Of a stretch of 64,000 nucleotides of DNA, positions 53,090-64,000 are shown piece after piece. This DNA is from Paraspadella gotoi. Taxonomy: Eukaryota > Animalia > Chaetognatha. The notes under the pieces are model-generated. The model was not told the DNA's origin. It saw nothing but the letters and a program-made list of their open reading frames with translations, and ran no database searches. Numbering within the stretch: the stretch's first letter is position 1; every line of letters begins with the position of its first letter. Where the stretch lies: contig CM119267.1 of NCBI GenBank assembly GCA_051294375.1, forward strand, positions 15,726,105 through 15,790,104, in the 5' to 3' direction. The position numbers and the translations under genes are program-made.

Positions 53090-53239
53090 TCAATTCTGCA
53101 ACGCGAAATACAGAACTAGATAGACCAGGATGAGAAGTAAGATCGTTGACAGGATGATAGAGGGAAATCCGCCGAAACAGTAAAACAACTGTTCGATCAG
53201 TGAGAGCCGTTCGTAATCGTCGCGTCTCTCGCGTTTCAT
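53090..53239 (-). CDS. 49-aa small ORF encoding a putative single-pass membrane microprotein
   Basis: MKRERRDDYERLSLIEQLFYCFGGFPSIILSTILLLILVYLVLYFALQN*; below the ORF-track cutoff; GC-richer than the flanks; splice acceptor upstream at ~53303. Confidence 0.5.
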   Translation of the reverse strand: MKRERRDDYERLSLIEQLFYCFGGFPSIILSTILLLILVYLVLYFALQN

Positions 53240-53396
53240 ATCTTTTCATTAAGTTTCGGTTCGGGACTTCATAGGAAAACTGGATCACTTAATGTTTGGT
53301 TTCTAAAAAAACACAACCAAGTCAAAAGAATGTTAATAGTTATGAGGTATAAGGAAAAAAAATGGGGGAGGGAAACTGAAATTTGTTTTTACGTAA

Positions 53397-53750
53397 CTAG
53401 GCATCTGCCGATTTCCCGTTAACTCGTAGCAGTTCTTCCTCCGCCAAATCTCCGTATCCAAGTTTGTCCCAACTCTCTCGCTTCATAAGTCCCTTGTCCA
53501 TGCGGCAGCCGAGATAGCCCATGGCTTCTCGTCGGCACTTGGTATTATCAGAGTCGTTGTTTCCAAGGCAACGCATGAATTGCATCATTTCCAATCTACA
53601 TTCACCTACGTAATCATTAAAAAAAGAAATGGTAATAAGGTTTTTATAAATTTAAAGAGTTGGTTACTAACCTTGATGATCCAACGGGAAGCTTCCTTTG
53701 TCAGGAGGTTTGGCATTGAAGCTCTTTTGAGAAAAGGTCATGGACGACAT
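53397..53750 (-). CDS. COX19: Cytochrome c oxidase assembly factor COX19 (2 exons)
   Basis: MSSMTFSQKSFNAKPPDKGSFPLDHQG|EC...twin CX9C...YLGCRMDKGLM..E.W.KLGY. Confidence 0.93.
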
Positions 53751-53755
53751 TTTGG

Positions 53756-54785
53756 TCAGGAGTCCACCTTGACGGGAGCTTCGGGGCGGAATAATTTTAT
53801 GTGGACGGCCGAGTTAAGACGTGTCTGGACTCTTGGCAAGCGATCCAAATCCTAAAGAAAATCCCCCGACGAAATCAATAATGACTCCTTCTCGTAACAG
53901 CGTCCGCGTAACAATAAAAAGTAACCTTATAGACAATGTCGTCAACTAGGGAGACCGTAGCCGTCCTGACGTGGAATTCGACGGAGCCACGGTTATTTGA
54001 TTTGAGAGCAAGAGCAATATTAAGGGCGCGCTTGATAGCTACGCCAAGCCCGTGAACGTAGACAATTTCGCCGAGGTCCAGCAGTTTTTGGCAACGATTC
54101 AACTGTACCTACAGAGTACGATCAGAAGGGGGTTTTTAATTCAATTTATCGAAATTAAATTTTGAATAGTAAAGTTTATTTAAGGGAAAGTGGAGATTTT
54201 GTTTAAAAAGTACTACTTGCATGGATTATTATGGAAAATTACAAGCGATGTTCTGAAAACACGCATAGATTTTATGGTGGACTAAAATCCACCAACCATT
54301 CATCAGCGGCCATTGGTGCCGGAGGCAAGACATTAGCCTCCCAACCCAAAGGTCCGGGGTTCTAGCCCGGTGGTCGTCTGGCAGTTAAGAGGGACGGGGC
54401 GCTTAACCCGCCTGTAACACGGTGTTACAGCCTGATCCGAAGCTCAGGGACTGCTTATATTGAACGGTTCTGTCATTAACACTTATCAATAATTACTGTC
54501 TCTTCAATTTATTGTAAATAATTATCAGACTTGACACAAAACCATAACTACTTGGGGTGATGATTATATAAAAATTGTCTTCTATTGCTACTTCAGAAGC
54601 AACCCTTATTACATCTCATAATTGTTAACGCAACGCAACGCAGATACCTTGAAGTGGGTTTTTCGAGTGACGTAAACGTCGTTGTGTTCTCGAGGAAAGG
54701 AACGCGGAAGCCGTTTTCGAAGGAGAAATTCTTCTCTTGAAATTACATTATTCACCGACTTTACAGACCGTTTCGTTTCTGCCAT
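53756..54785 (-). CDS. POP7: RNase P/MRP subunit Rpp20 (3 exons)
   Basis: LRKRLP...NDVYVTRKTHFK|VQLNRCQKLLD..EIVYVHGLGVAIKRALNIAL...TATVSLVDD|..RLNSAVHIKLFR. Confidence 0.9.
54274..54508 (+). mobile_element. Family B element: tRNA-like head plus twister-like RNA (most complete copy)
   Basis: tRNA-like 54306-54377 (GCGGCCA/TGGTCGT acceptor stem, CCGGG-GTTCTAG-CCCGG T arm), then GCAGT-TAA-GAGG-GA-CGG-GGCGCT-TAA-CCC-GC-hairpin-CCTGA-TCCGAAGC-TCAGG-GACTGC (54381-54454). Confidence 0.7.
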
Positions 54786-56164
54786 ATCTCGTCAATCATA
54801 CTAATTATCCTTTTTGTTAAAACCGCTTTCCTTACATGCAGAACTTCACTGAAAATGAGCAAGAAAATAAATTACGTACATACTACATTAATCAAAAAGT
54901 CTTTTTAAAAAATATTAAAAAACGAGACAAAATTTTTAAATATTTTACATGACTGGACTACAGGCCGTGCAGAGCCAGAAGGATAAGTCTCATTACCTAT
55001 TTACAGAGTGTGATTAATAGTACAAAATTGGACTATAACAAAATTGGCCTCCAGTCTACCAAAGCACAGGGGAAGGCTATAAATTTTTTGACATTGTCAG
55101 GCCATAACTTTTCACTTTTAAAAAAACTCCATCTATTGAATAGATTTTTCTGATACAATCGATGCACTTTTGTTTTTTTTGGTATTTAGAATCTTGCAAG
55201 TAAAAGAGATTATGATATTAAAGCCTTTTGAAAAAACTAAAGTTTGTACTGATGAGAATTTGAACGGCTTAAGCAATAGGGCGTTTAAAAATAACAAAAT
55301 ATAACAAATCGAATAAGGTACATAGCTATTTTAATGTAAACATGTCTGTAGAATTTGATGGTGATGACCATTTTTTTGTATTATTTTATCTTTCTTATCG
55401 AAAATGACGATTTTTAATGTATATAAAATTGTCATAAAAAAAAACAAACTAAAATAGTTATGTACCTTATTCGATTTGTTATAATTTGTTATTTTTAAAC
55501 GCCCTATTAAGCAACGAATATATAATATAAATACAAATTTGAATTTTTTCTTCCTTCCCTTTTATAAATTATAAAAAAAACGTAGTCTATATCTATATAT
55601 ACTATAGACGTCACTTTCTGAACAAAAGTCGACTTTTAAAGCTGGGATATCATATGGGTCTCAAAAATGGAGGCACCTAAGGCTAACTTTGGAACTGATT
55701 GGGATACAGGAGCCTCTCACCCGTCATTACTGGACCTCACACAGATGCCTGTAAGCGGATTCCTGATTACCATGCTAATTGTCATGGCAACGTGAGTCCG
55801 ATCCCCGGACGTGGATTATCGCCAAGGTATCCAATTTATCGAAACAAAGATGGAGTAATACAGGTAGAGTGAGCTGGTTGTGCTTTTAATGCCATCAAGA
55901 CATCACTGACTGACTTTCAGTAATTAATACTATAAAATAATTGATAATTAAACCATCGTCATCTCGCACGATTCCAAAGAGTTGTGCAATTAAAAATCAA
56001 CAGTTATCATGTGATAACATAATAGACATATTAGACATAAGTAATATCAAAATCAAAAGACTAGTAGTGAATCGCTGGAAATTACTGGAAACCCCAATAC
56101 AATTGAACCTTTTGTTGACACCATAAAAAAGAAATTTTATCGTATGATGATACATTAATTCCTG

Positions 56165-57775
56165 AGTTCAGTGTTTTAATTCCATCATGAACAAAGCCTG
56201 TTCTTGAGCCGTCGCAGCAAGCTCTTTCAAAAATTCCTCCAATACCACCGCGCTGAATACCTTAAAAAGAAATAATATTCTTTATTGTGGAATCATGTAT
56301 ATACAGCTTCTTAGTGATTTAAAAAGTTTATAAATTATTCCTAATCCTTTAATGATAAAATTCATGACTTTTTTACGTCATATAATAATCAATGGAGTGA
56401 TTTTTTTTATAAACATCTTACCGCGTTTTTCAATTTAATCGCTTCCGACCGCGTCATTTCATTAAAAATAGGATCATCATCAAGCGACTGAGTCGCAGAT
56501 ACTGGGATCGATTTTGCGAAGTATCTGGAATAATTGTATCTCTTAATAGATTTTTATTTTTTGACAATTTCCTTAAACATTATTATATATAACAATAACA
56601 TTTTGAACTACCTGTATCCCCGGCCATCTTGAGTGACCTCAGCACGTTCTTGTAGCCGGCGTTGTTGAATACGAAGCTAAAAAGGTAAACAGAAAACGAA
56701 AACTGAAATATCATGAGCGTTTAAAAGTTAATGATAAAAGCAGCTTGAAGTGGTCAAAAGGTTGGGAATTATAACAGAAATACAGACCTGTGCAAAAAAA
56801 GACACCCAAAAACATTATGAATATAAATCAAATTAGATTCCGTTAAAATGAAAGATATAATAATATTCAAGAAAAAAGGAACGATTGGTGTATAATTGGT
56901 TAATACGTGCCTATCCGTTACGAAGCAGTGAATTTTTAAAAGTAACTACGAAGTACTCAAACAGAATGTCAGAGAAGAAGAAAATTAAGGTATTTTTAAC
57001 CTATTGTGTTTTAAGATGCTAAAGCTCTAGAATGAATGGACCGATTTTCTTTTAAGTTACTCATATGGATTCCTCTTTCAAAAATCATTATTTCACAATC
57101 ATAATTTTTTAAAAAACAAATACACTGCCAACAATTAAGGTTGAAAAGTATCTTCGGTTTTTGGAAGATCTTCAAAAATGTTTTTTTTTAGTGACTCAAA
57201 TGACGAAAGTTTTTGACCATCTTTTAAATGCTTGGACCGATTTTGTTTTAACTTTTAACCATGTGTAATACACATGGATTTCCCATTTCAAAATCTACAT
57301 TTATCATTAATAATTTTTTATAACATGCACGTAAAACGAGTACAACTTAAGTTTGTTTGAAGAGTGTCCTCTTTTTTTGCACAGGTCTGTAAAACGCCAA
57401 AAACTTACTTGGATTTGACTCCTTTTTTTTTCTTTATCAACTTTTTTTGAAGAGGCACTTCTAAATAAATCTGCCAAGATTCGAAATCGGCTACTTTCCT
57501 AGATTATAGTTGAAAAGATTGAAGCTTTCTTTCAACTACTTTATTTAAGGTAGTTAAACTTTGAAAGATTACGTACCTTTTCAGGCGGTCGCTTTTGAGA
57601 ATGCGGTGTTGCAGAAACAGAATCGGGTATAATCGAGTACTGATTTAGAGATGAATCACAACCTGATTCTAGCTCCCTTATTCGTAGGTATCTTTTAGAT
57701 TTAACTAAAAGATCTTCGAAATTGTCAACACTATATGAAAAATGATCCAGCCTTTGCTTCAGTGTATGCAAAACC
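56165..57775 (-). CDS. Uncharacterised multi-exon gene (5' end uncertain)
   Basis: GT-AG-bounded exon-like blocks at ~57576-57775, 57410-57510, 56612-56677, 56421-56526 and 56165-56261 (ends VVLEEFLKELAATAQEQALFMMELKH*). Confidence 0.45.
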
Positions 57776-58482
57776 TATTGCAAAAAGAAAATTACAAAAT
57801 TATTTGTGAAAGATAATTAGAATCAAGTTGCAAAAACTAATCTTTTCTGATTAAGCAAAAAGGGGACCCTCAACGCCTACGGTTATTTAACATTCATTTC
57901 ATTAAAAATAAGGGAAAGGACTTAAATTAAAATATTAAAATATTAGAACTGCTAAACAAAGACGTAATTTTAAAATTGTAATAACATTATAAAACTGGCA
58001 TAAAATCGCTTCTTGTAGTGAAATAAAAAAGACGCGACGGCACACAAAGAATTAGTTTAAAATGGGCCTTTTTCTGTTCTTTGATTGGCTACAGCTCAAA
58101 AGGTAAGGGAAACTGATGCATCTCTGAGGTCCATTCAAGACGAGAATTCTGAAGCGTACGCAGCGGCTGATCCTGCGCCTGCGGCTTTTCCAACTCTCAT
58201 TTGTCGTCGATGAATATAACGAGGCAGGGTTACTCTTGGTTTCCTGATTTATCTCAAAAGGAAATTAATTCGAATTCTCCTAAATGTATCATTATTTTCT
58301 AAAAATCAGGTTTTCGCCGAGTACATACTCTGATAATACACCACGGAACTATTGTATTATTCTTAAATTGACATTTTTTTCAGAAACATCGCCGGAAATC
58401 TCTAAACGTAGCTTTTTATGAAAATGGAAAAAAAAAAACCTAATTTTGTAAAACGCAACTAACGCCCAAAACTTATCACGAA

Positions 58483-61400
58483 ATGGATCTCAAAAAAATT
58501 CTCTTTTTGATCTCAACAAAATTCATTCTCGCCGACAGCCTAACAAAACATGCCTTCCAAGTGGGCCAAGTGGGTGAGAAATTTGGAGAGGACTGTTCAA
58601 AAGAAACGGAGCAATGGGAAAGAGAAGGAGACGGAGCTATTTGGGGTTGTAGTTTTCAATGGTAAGTTGGAACTTTAGAAAATATAAACAAACATAATAA
58701 TTGATAAATAAAAACTCATGTTTTTTTCATTAAGGGGTTGTGCTGTAAGTCAAGAATATCGGGCACGATTCATGGTTGACGATTTTAAAATTATGCATAT
58801 AATTCCAAATGTGACAAGAGAACATTTTGGTAAGAAAAAAAATTGTTTCATAAAAATAATATCCTTGACTAAAAACATAAGAATATAATTTATTATCTAC
58901 AGGAAATTACAACTGTCAAACAAATCCGTTCAACATCGGACCAAATGAAAATCAGCAGTTTGAACACCAAGTCACAGTTTATGAAGGATTGCAATGTAAA
59001 GATAATGTAACGGAATATAAAGCCGGTAAGAATAGAATAAATTTGGCAAATCGAAAAATTATATAAAATAATAAAAAATATCCCTTTTATAAGATTTTTT
59101 GACGAAAAATACAAGACATCAATTATTAAAAAATTCCCATTTAATAGAAAATGCACTTAATTCATCATGTAAGGTTTTTTACATGTACAGTTTTTTACGC
59201 TTTAATGATTAAAACTGGTTTCGATTGAGTATACTTAATGCTCTTCGAGATATTGAAGAAATGCCCTAATTTTTCAGTTTTTTCAGCATTTTTTGAAAAG
59301 TTGGCAGCATTTCCCATAATTTTTTTAAAAAAGGAATATTGTAAAACATCCGCGCATGTATGAAGCTCGTTTTGAGCCCTACTACTAAGCTGGATCACAA
59401 ACTACAAATTTTCTGGCAAGGTCTATTATACACTCCATTTTAAAAATAGGTGAACTTATTGAAATACAATGTACTGTCCTTCAATGGGGTGATGGAATTC
59501 CGGATCTTCGTTTTTTTACACAAAATTCTGATGGCACAAGATCGACTCAATCAGTAAAAATGATGAGAGACAAATCGTCCTTTACAACTATAAAATTGAG
59601 TAAAAAACACCATGGGAAAAGAATCGGTAATTGTTCCAAGTCTACGATAGATAAATCATTGGGTTTTACCTACTATTTCGCTAGGATTTTTATTTGGTAT
59701 TAGTAAAATAAAATCTAAAAATAAAAAGTTCATTTTAATTTTTTATTAATTTTCGTAACTTTTTAAGGCTGTTCTTTTTTGGGATTTGATACCACAAAAG
59801 CCGTTAACAATATTCCTGATTGTTGGATAACGGAAGCAGTAATGAATATATTATATGCTCCCACGATTAATCTGCTGCCTCAAACGATACGAACAGCTGG
59901 AGAAGGTAACTTTTGACAAATGAAAAGAAACCCTAATTAGATTTAAAACATTTTTTAAACGTTATCAAGCATGAATTATAAATTAAGCCTTTGTTTACCA
60001 AGATATTCAAGTTTTATACAGAAATTTGTCTCCTTGACAAAAACCTTTCCAGCAGTCAAGTTTGGGTATAATGTGGTGCTAAAAAAGGGGGAAGGTTTAC
60101 AGTGCAGTATAAACTCCAACATATGCAGCAATTCTTTAGGGAAAAACCTTCTGAATGTATCAAGACCTATACTATTGCCTTAAATTTGTCTTACAGAAGA
60201 AAAGAAGAATACTACTAAAAGGATCTTCTTACCTTTACATGACCAATTTTAAAACTGAAAATCTAATAAAAAGTATAGTGATCTCGCCAGACGTTACTAT
60301 CGAAGAAAATTAATAAAAAAATCTGAAAAATTGATTGATTGATATAATAGTAACTGATTGATTGATGTAATAGCAATTGATTGATTGATGTAATAGTAAT
60401 TGATTGGTTGATGCAATGATAACCAAATATTGATGCGATGATAACCAAATGATTGATGCGATGATTACCAAATGATTGATGCGATGATTACCAAATGATT
60501 GATGCGAAGATAATCATTCATTGATGCATGAATCATTCATTGTAAATAAAACAAACAAATGCATGTATAAGTGAGAAAGAGATAGAAAAAAAATAGAAGC
60601 TGGACAACCGCTGCAGAGCGAACTCGCTTTTAGATGAATCAGAAGTTGTGACGAAAAAAAAACAATATAATTAAAAGAGAAAAATAAAAACTGGACAACC
60701 GCTGCAGAGCTGAACTCGTCTATATATATATAAAAATTGTTTTGTAAATGAAACAAACAAATGAGTGTAAGAATATGAAACAACAATTTTAAAGACCTCA
60801 ATGATGAGAAGCCATATCTAAATTTTCAGCTTCCTATGGTTACACACGAGCTATTTTCAATGGTAAAACAGCATGATGACGATAACAAAAACAACAACTA
60901 TGATCAAAAGAAGCAGAAACGAATTAACATCTCGCCCAAGTCGGGCTTTCGCCCATCTGGAGAGATAAAGAACGTTAATTCAAGGAAAACCTAATAACAC
61001 TTATTAAAAGCAGGTCAAGATCTGGCAAAACGCTCGATAATTGATTCTGAGTTTATATGAATCAAAAAGTTATCCTCCACCAGACCACACTTTTATAAAC
61101 TGAAAACTGTCAAAAAGTAAAAATTTCACCGCGATTCTCAACCTTAAAAAAGGGACCAATCTGTGTCTGGCCGCCAAAGGAGTTTTTGTTAAATGGATAT
61201 CAAAACACAAAAAGTCGTGATTTTTATATAATTTAACCCCAAAATAATTTTTTTATGTTTAACGGTTTATAAAATATGAATTTTTTAAAAATTCTGGTTT
61301 TGTTGGATATCTGGGTAAATCAATGGACACAATCTATATTCTATAAAAAGTATTTCAAACAAACTTTTCTTCTAATCTTAAAAAACTCATTAAAAGCTCA

Positions 61401-62927
61401 TTCACAACATTATATAAAATGAAAAAACGTTTAAATTTATAAATTCAAACAGGTAATTTATTAGATTTTGCCTGTGACGCTGACGGCAATCCAACGCCTG
61501 CTCTTTCGCTTTTTATTAACGGGAACCAAAAATTAGAAGGGAACAAGGTTGAAGCAACAAGAACATTACATAATGTAACTTGTATAGCATCGAATTCCAT
61601 TGGGTCCGATTCCAAAACACAAGTAAGCGTCAAAATATATTAACCGTTTTCAGAAGAAATTGAATCTTCTAAATTGATGAAATGATTTTTTAATAGATGG
61701 TCAACGTTCTTAGCTTTACTTTAATTTATCCGGAAGTGCGCGTCACAGATGGTGATTTGGTAAAACTTGGATGCCAATTGGAACAATCAAATGGCCAAAA
61801 AGGTAATTTTTTTCATTCATTTATACTACTTTTTATGAAAAATTAAAATATTTCAAATATTCTTATAGAACCCATTTTCGTTGAAAGAGCCATCGATCAA
61901 TTAAAACTTCAAAATAAAGAATCTTTCGTGACAATGGATAGTTACTTTGATGAAAAAAAATTAAAATGCTTAGCATTGGATGAGCGTGGTAGTTTGATTT
62001 ACGAAAAAACGGCCACAAATCCAATGACAGTATTGTATGGACCGTATATCAACTGCAGCAAACAAAGTTCAAAAAGAGAATCAGACGGTTTTGAGATAAC
62101 TTGTTTTGTCAAAAAAAACCCTCATCCAATTGAAGCAGACATAAAGCTGTGGATAAAGCTTGACCAAGAATTAAAACGACCTACATCTGAAATATTGTGG
62201 AAAACTTACGACGTTAGGGTAAGATTGTTGCTGAATGAAAATTAGTATTCCTATAAAAAATAAAATTCTTTCAGGATAAAAAAAGTGCCGTAGTTATTAC
62301 CGTAGCTCGAAGTTACCTTCGCAATCGTAAAACGCTGAAGGTAATTATATCAGTTGGATCATCTGTTCGAAATGACGGCGATGACATAAGTCATGAAGTA
62401 ATATTCAAGTACGAAGAGACTGAAAGCGAAATGGACATCGGCTTGATCGCCGGCGCGAGCGTTGGTAGGTTTGCAGAATAAACTAATTATTTTTAAGGAA
62501 TACGTTATTACTGCTTTGCTTTTGATCAGGAGCGGCGTTGTTTCTAATGCTCGTGATACTTTGGATATTGTTGGTGGTAAAAGGATCCGTTTGCAAAAAG
62601 AAAATATCAAGGAAAGAGACCAAAATCAACGCAGGCGAATTGACGCGGAGAGCGAGGGATGACGCGCGCGACGGAACGCCGCCCGGTAATAAAAATCTGT
62701 AATCACTACCCTGAAACTTTAAAGATGTAATAATTCCTATTCCGAAACTTAAAGTGACTTTGAACGGATCAATGAACGGATACGTCAATCAAGTCGCTCC
62801 CAACGACCATGGTCTTGTGTTCGCCAATTTGAACTTCACTCAACATCAACCACGAAGCCGTGCACCAATCGTGGACTTTAACCGTTATGAATTCGAATTA
62901 GATCCAAACAGACTAGCAGCTGTCTAG
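58483..62927 (+). CDS. Type I membrane Ig-superfamily protein (many short exons)
   Basis: Signal-like start MDLKKILFLIST; Ig motifs (YAPTI; FACDADGNPTP...VTCIASNSIGSD; LYGPYINC); TM IGLIAGASVG|AALFLMLVILWILLVVK; tail ending RLAAV*. Confidence 0.7.
60272..60968 (-). mobile_element. Helentron/DINE-1-like element, family H2
   Basis: SubTIR ATCTCGCCAGAC / TCTGG(C/A)GAGAT with a terminal hairpin. Related ends at 16247-16288, 24140, 27214-27233 and 36834; internal GATTGATG minisatellite. Confidence 0.55.
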
Positions 62928-63534
62928 ATAACTCTTTTTAGCAATCCGTATATTTGCACTTTAAAATGCTTTTCCCAAAACATGAAATATTTGATGTAGT
63001 AAAATGTTAATTTAAATTGTTGGACCCTTGAGTTATACCAATGAAAATATGACGTTCGTTTTCAATATTAAACTTGATGTGAACAGGAGCCGACCGAAAG
63101 GCTGTAATTCTAACCTTTTCTTCAATCAGTAAGGAGTTCCGTAATCCAAAATTTATTTATCCATCATACTTATTACTTAATCAATATTTACTATCACTAA
63201 CTAGTGAAGCATAGTATAACATTTAAACATTTATAAATGCATTGCATAGGCAATAAATTATTTTTTTTAAAACGCAATCAGATATCCCATAAAAAGTTAT
63301 CTCCACATTTGGATTCATTTCAACATTTCAACATTTGGATGATAATTGGGTTAAATAAGGAGAAAACCATAAAAATCATCATTATACCATAATTTTTAGT
63401 TTTGCTAATTTTAATCGATAAAACAAAAATTTAGAATTCTTGCAATAATACTTTTTATTTTTTCAAGCTTTACCAAAATCCGTTTTAAAAATTATGAATT
63501 AAAAAACATTTTTCTTATGATTTATAATAATACT

Positions 63535-63750
63535 ATGGACTAAATTCCACCAACCGTTCATCAGCGGTCATTGGTGCAGGAGGCAAGTCATTCGTCTCCC
63601 AAACCAAAGGTCCATGGTCGCCTAGCAGTTAAGAGGGACGGGGCGCTTAACCCGCCTGTAACACGGTGTTACAGCCGGATCCGAATCTCAGGGACTGCTT
63701 ATATTGAACGGTTCTGTCACTAATTCATAACAATAATTACTGTCTCTTCA
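63535..63750 (+). mobile_element. Family B copy with deleted B box and L4 change AAGC>AATC
   Basis: Aligns to 54274-54508; core 63625-63698. Confidence 0.7.
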
Positions 63751-64000
63751 ATACGATAAATTTTAAATACTTCCATGTTATTAACTAAACGAAATTCAAA
63801 AGCATTTTAAGATTTTATGTAATCTCTCAGGGATACTAACGTTATTTATATTACAGAACTCTTAGTTTTTACCTTGTTCCGCCTTAGTTTAGAAATTTAC
63901 ACGGCGTCGAATTAGTTTGAAACAAGTTTGAGCAAACAATGTCGGATCTGCCCACGATCATTATCGGTAATTAATTAATTAATAATTAATTCAAGTTAAT

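Noticed and set aside
54306-54377. Apparent tRNA gene (CCC anticodon-like)
   Set aside because: The D and anticodon stems do not pair, and it is part of a dispersed repeat with a ribozyme-like tail; treated as a tRNA-derived promoter module

Overview
AT-rich invertebrate (metazoan) genomic DNA with short spliceosomal introns. About 20 protein-coding genes lie head-to-tail on the minus strand from 1 to ~57.8 kb: TUT4/7-like, QTRT1, Tudor protein, FBXL18, CMTR1, NDUFB7, HPRT, SREK1IP1, TRF-like telobox protein, ADAL, pyruvate kinase, a 12-RRM SPEN-derived ORF, a C2H2 ZnF, RPS4, METTL22, a 49-aa TM microprotein, COX19, POP7 and an unknown gene. One Ig-superfamily receptor follows on the plus strand. 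Many stop-to-ATG gaps are 5-160 bp with an unpaired splice acceptor before the ATG, which suggests trans-spliced operons. The long introns hold nested repeats (Helentron/DINE-like elements, Tc1/mariner-type MITEs, minisatellites, Penelope-type minimal hammerheads). The standout is a 737-bp non-coding LTR element at 20241-20977 with a 4-bp TSD, a tRNA-Trp-type PBS and a PPT. Each LTR carries a tRNA-like Pol III A/B box followed by a circularly permuted (P5-type) twister ribozyme, i.e. a candidate animal twister retrozyme predicted to release a 481-nt monomer or circRNA. Related solo LTRs show compensatory base changes, and a second tRNA-head plus twister-like family occurs five times. All calls are by eye and exon boundaries are approximate.
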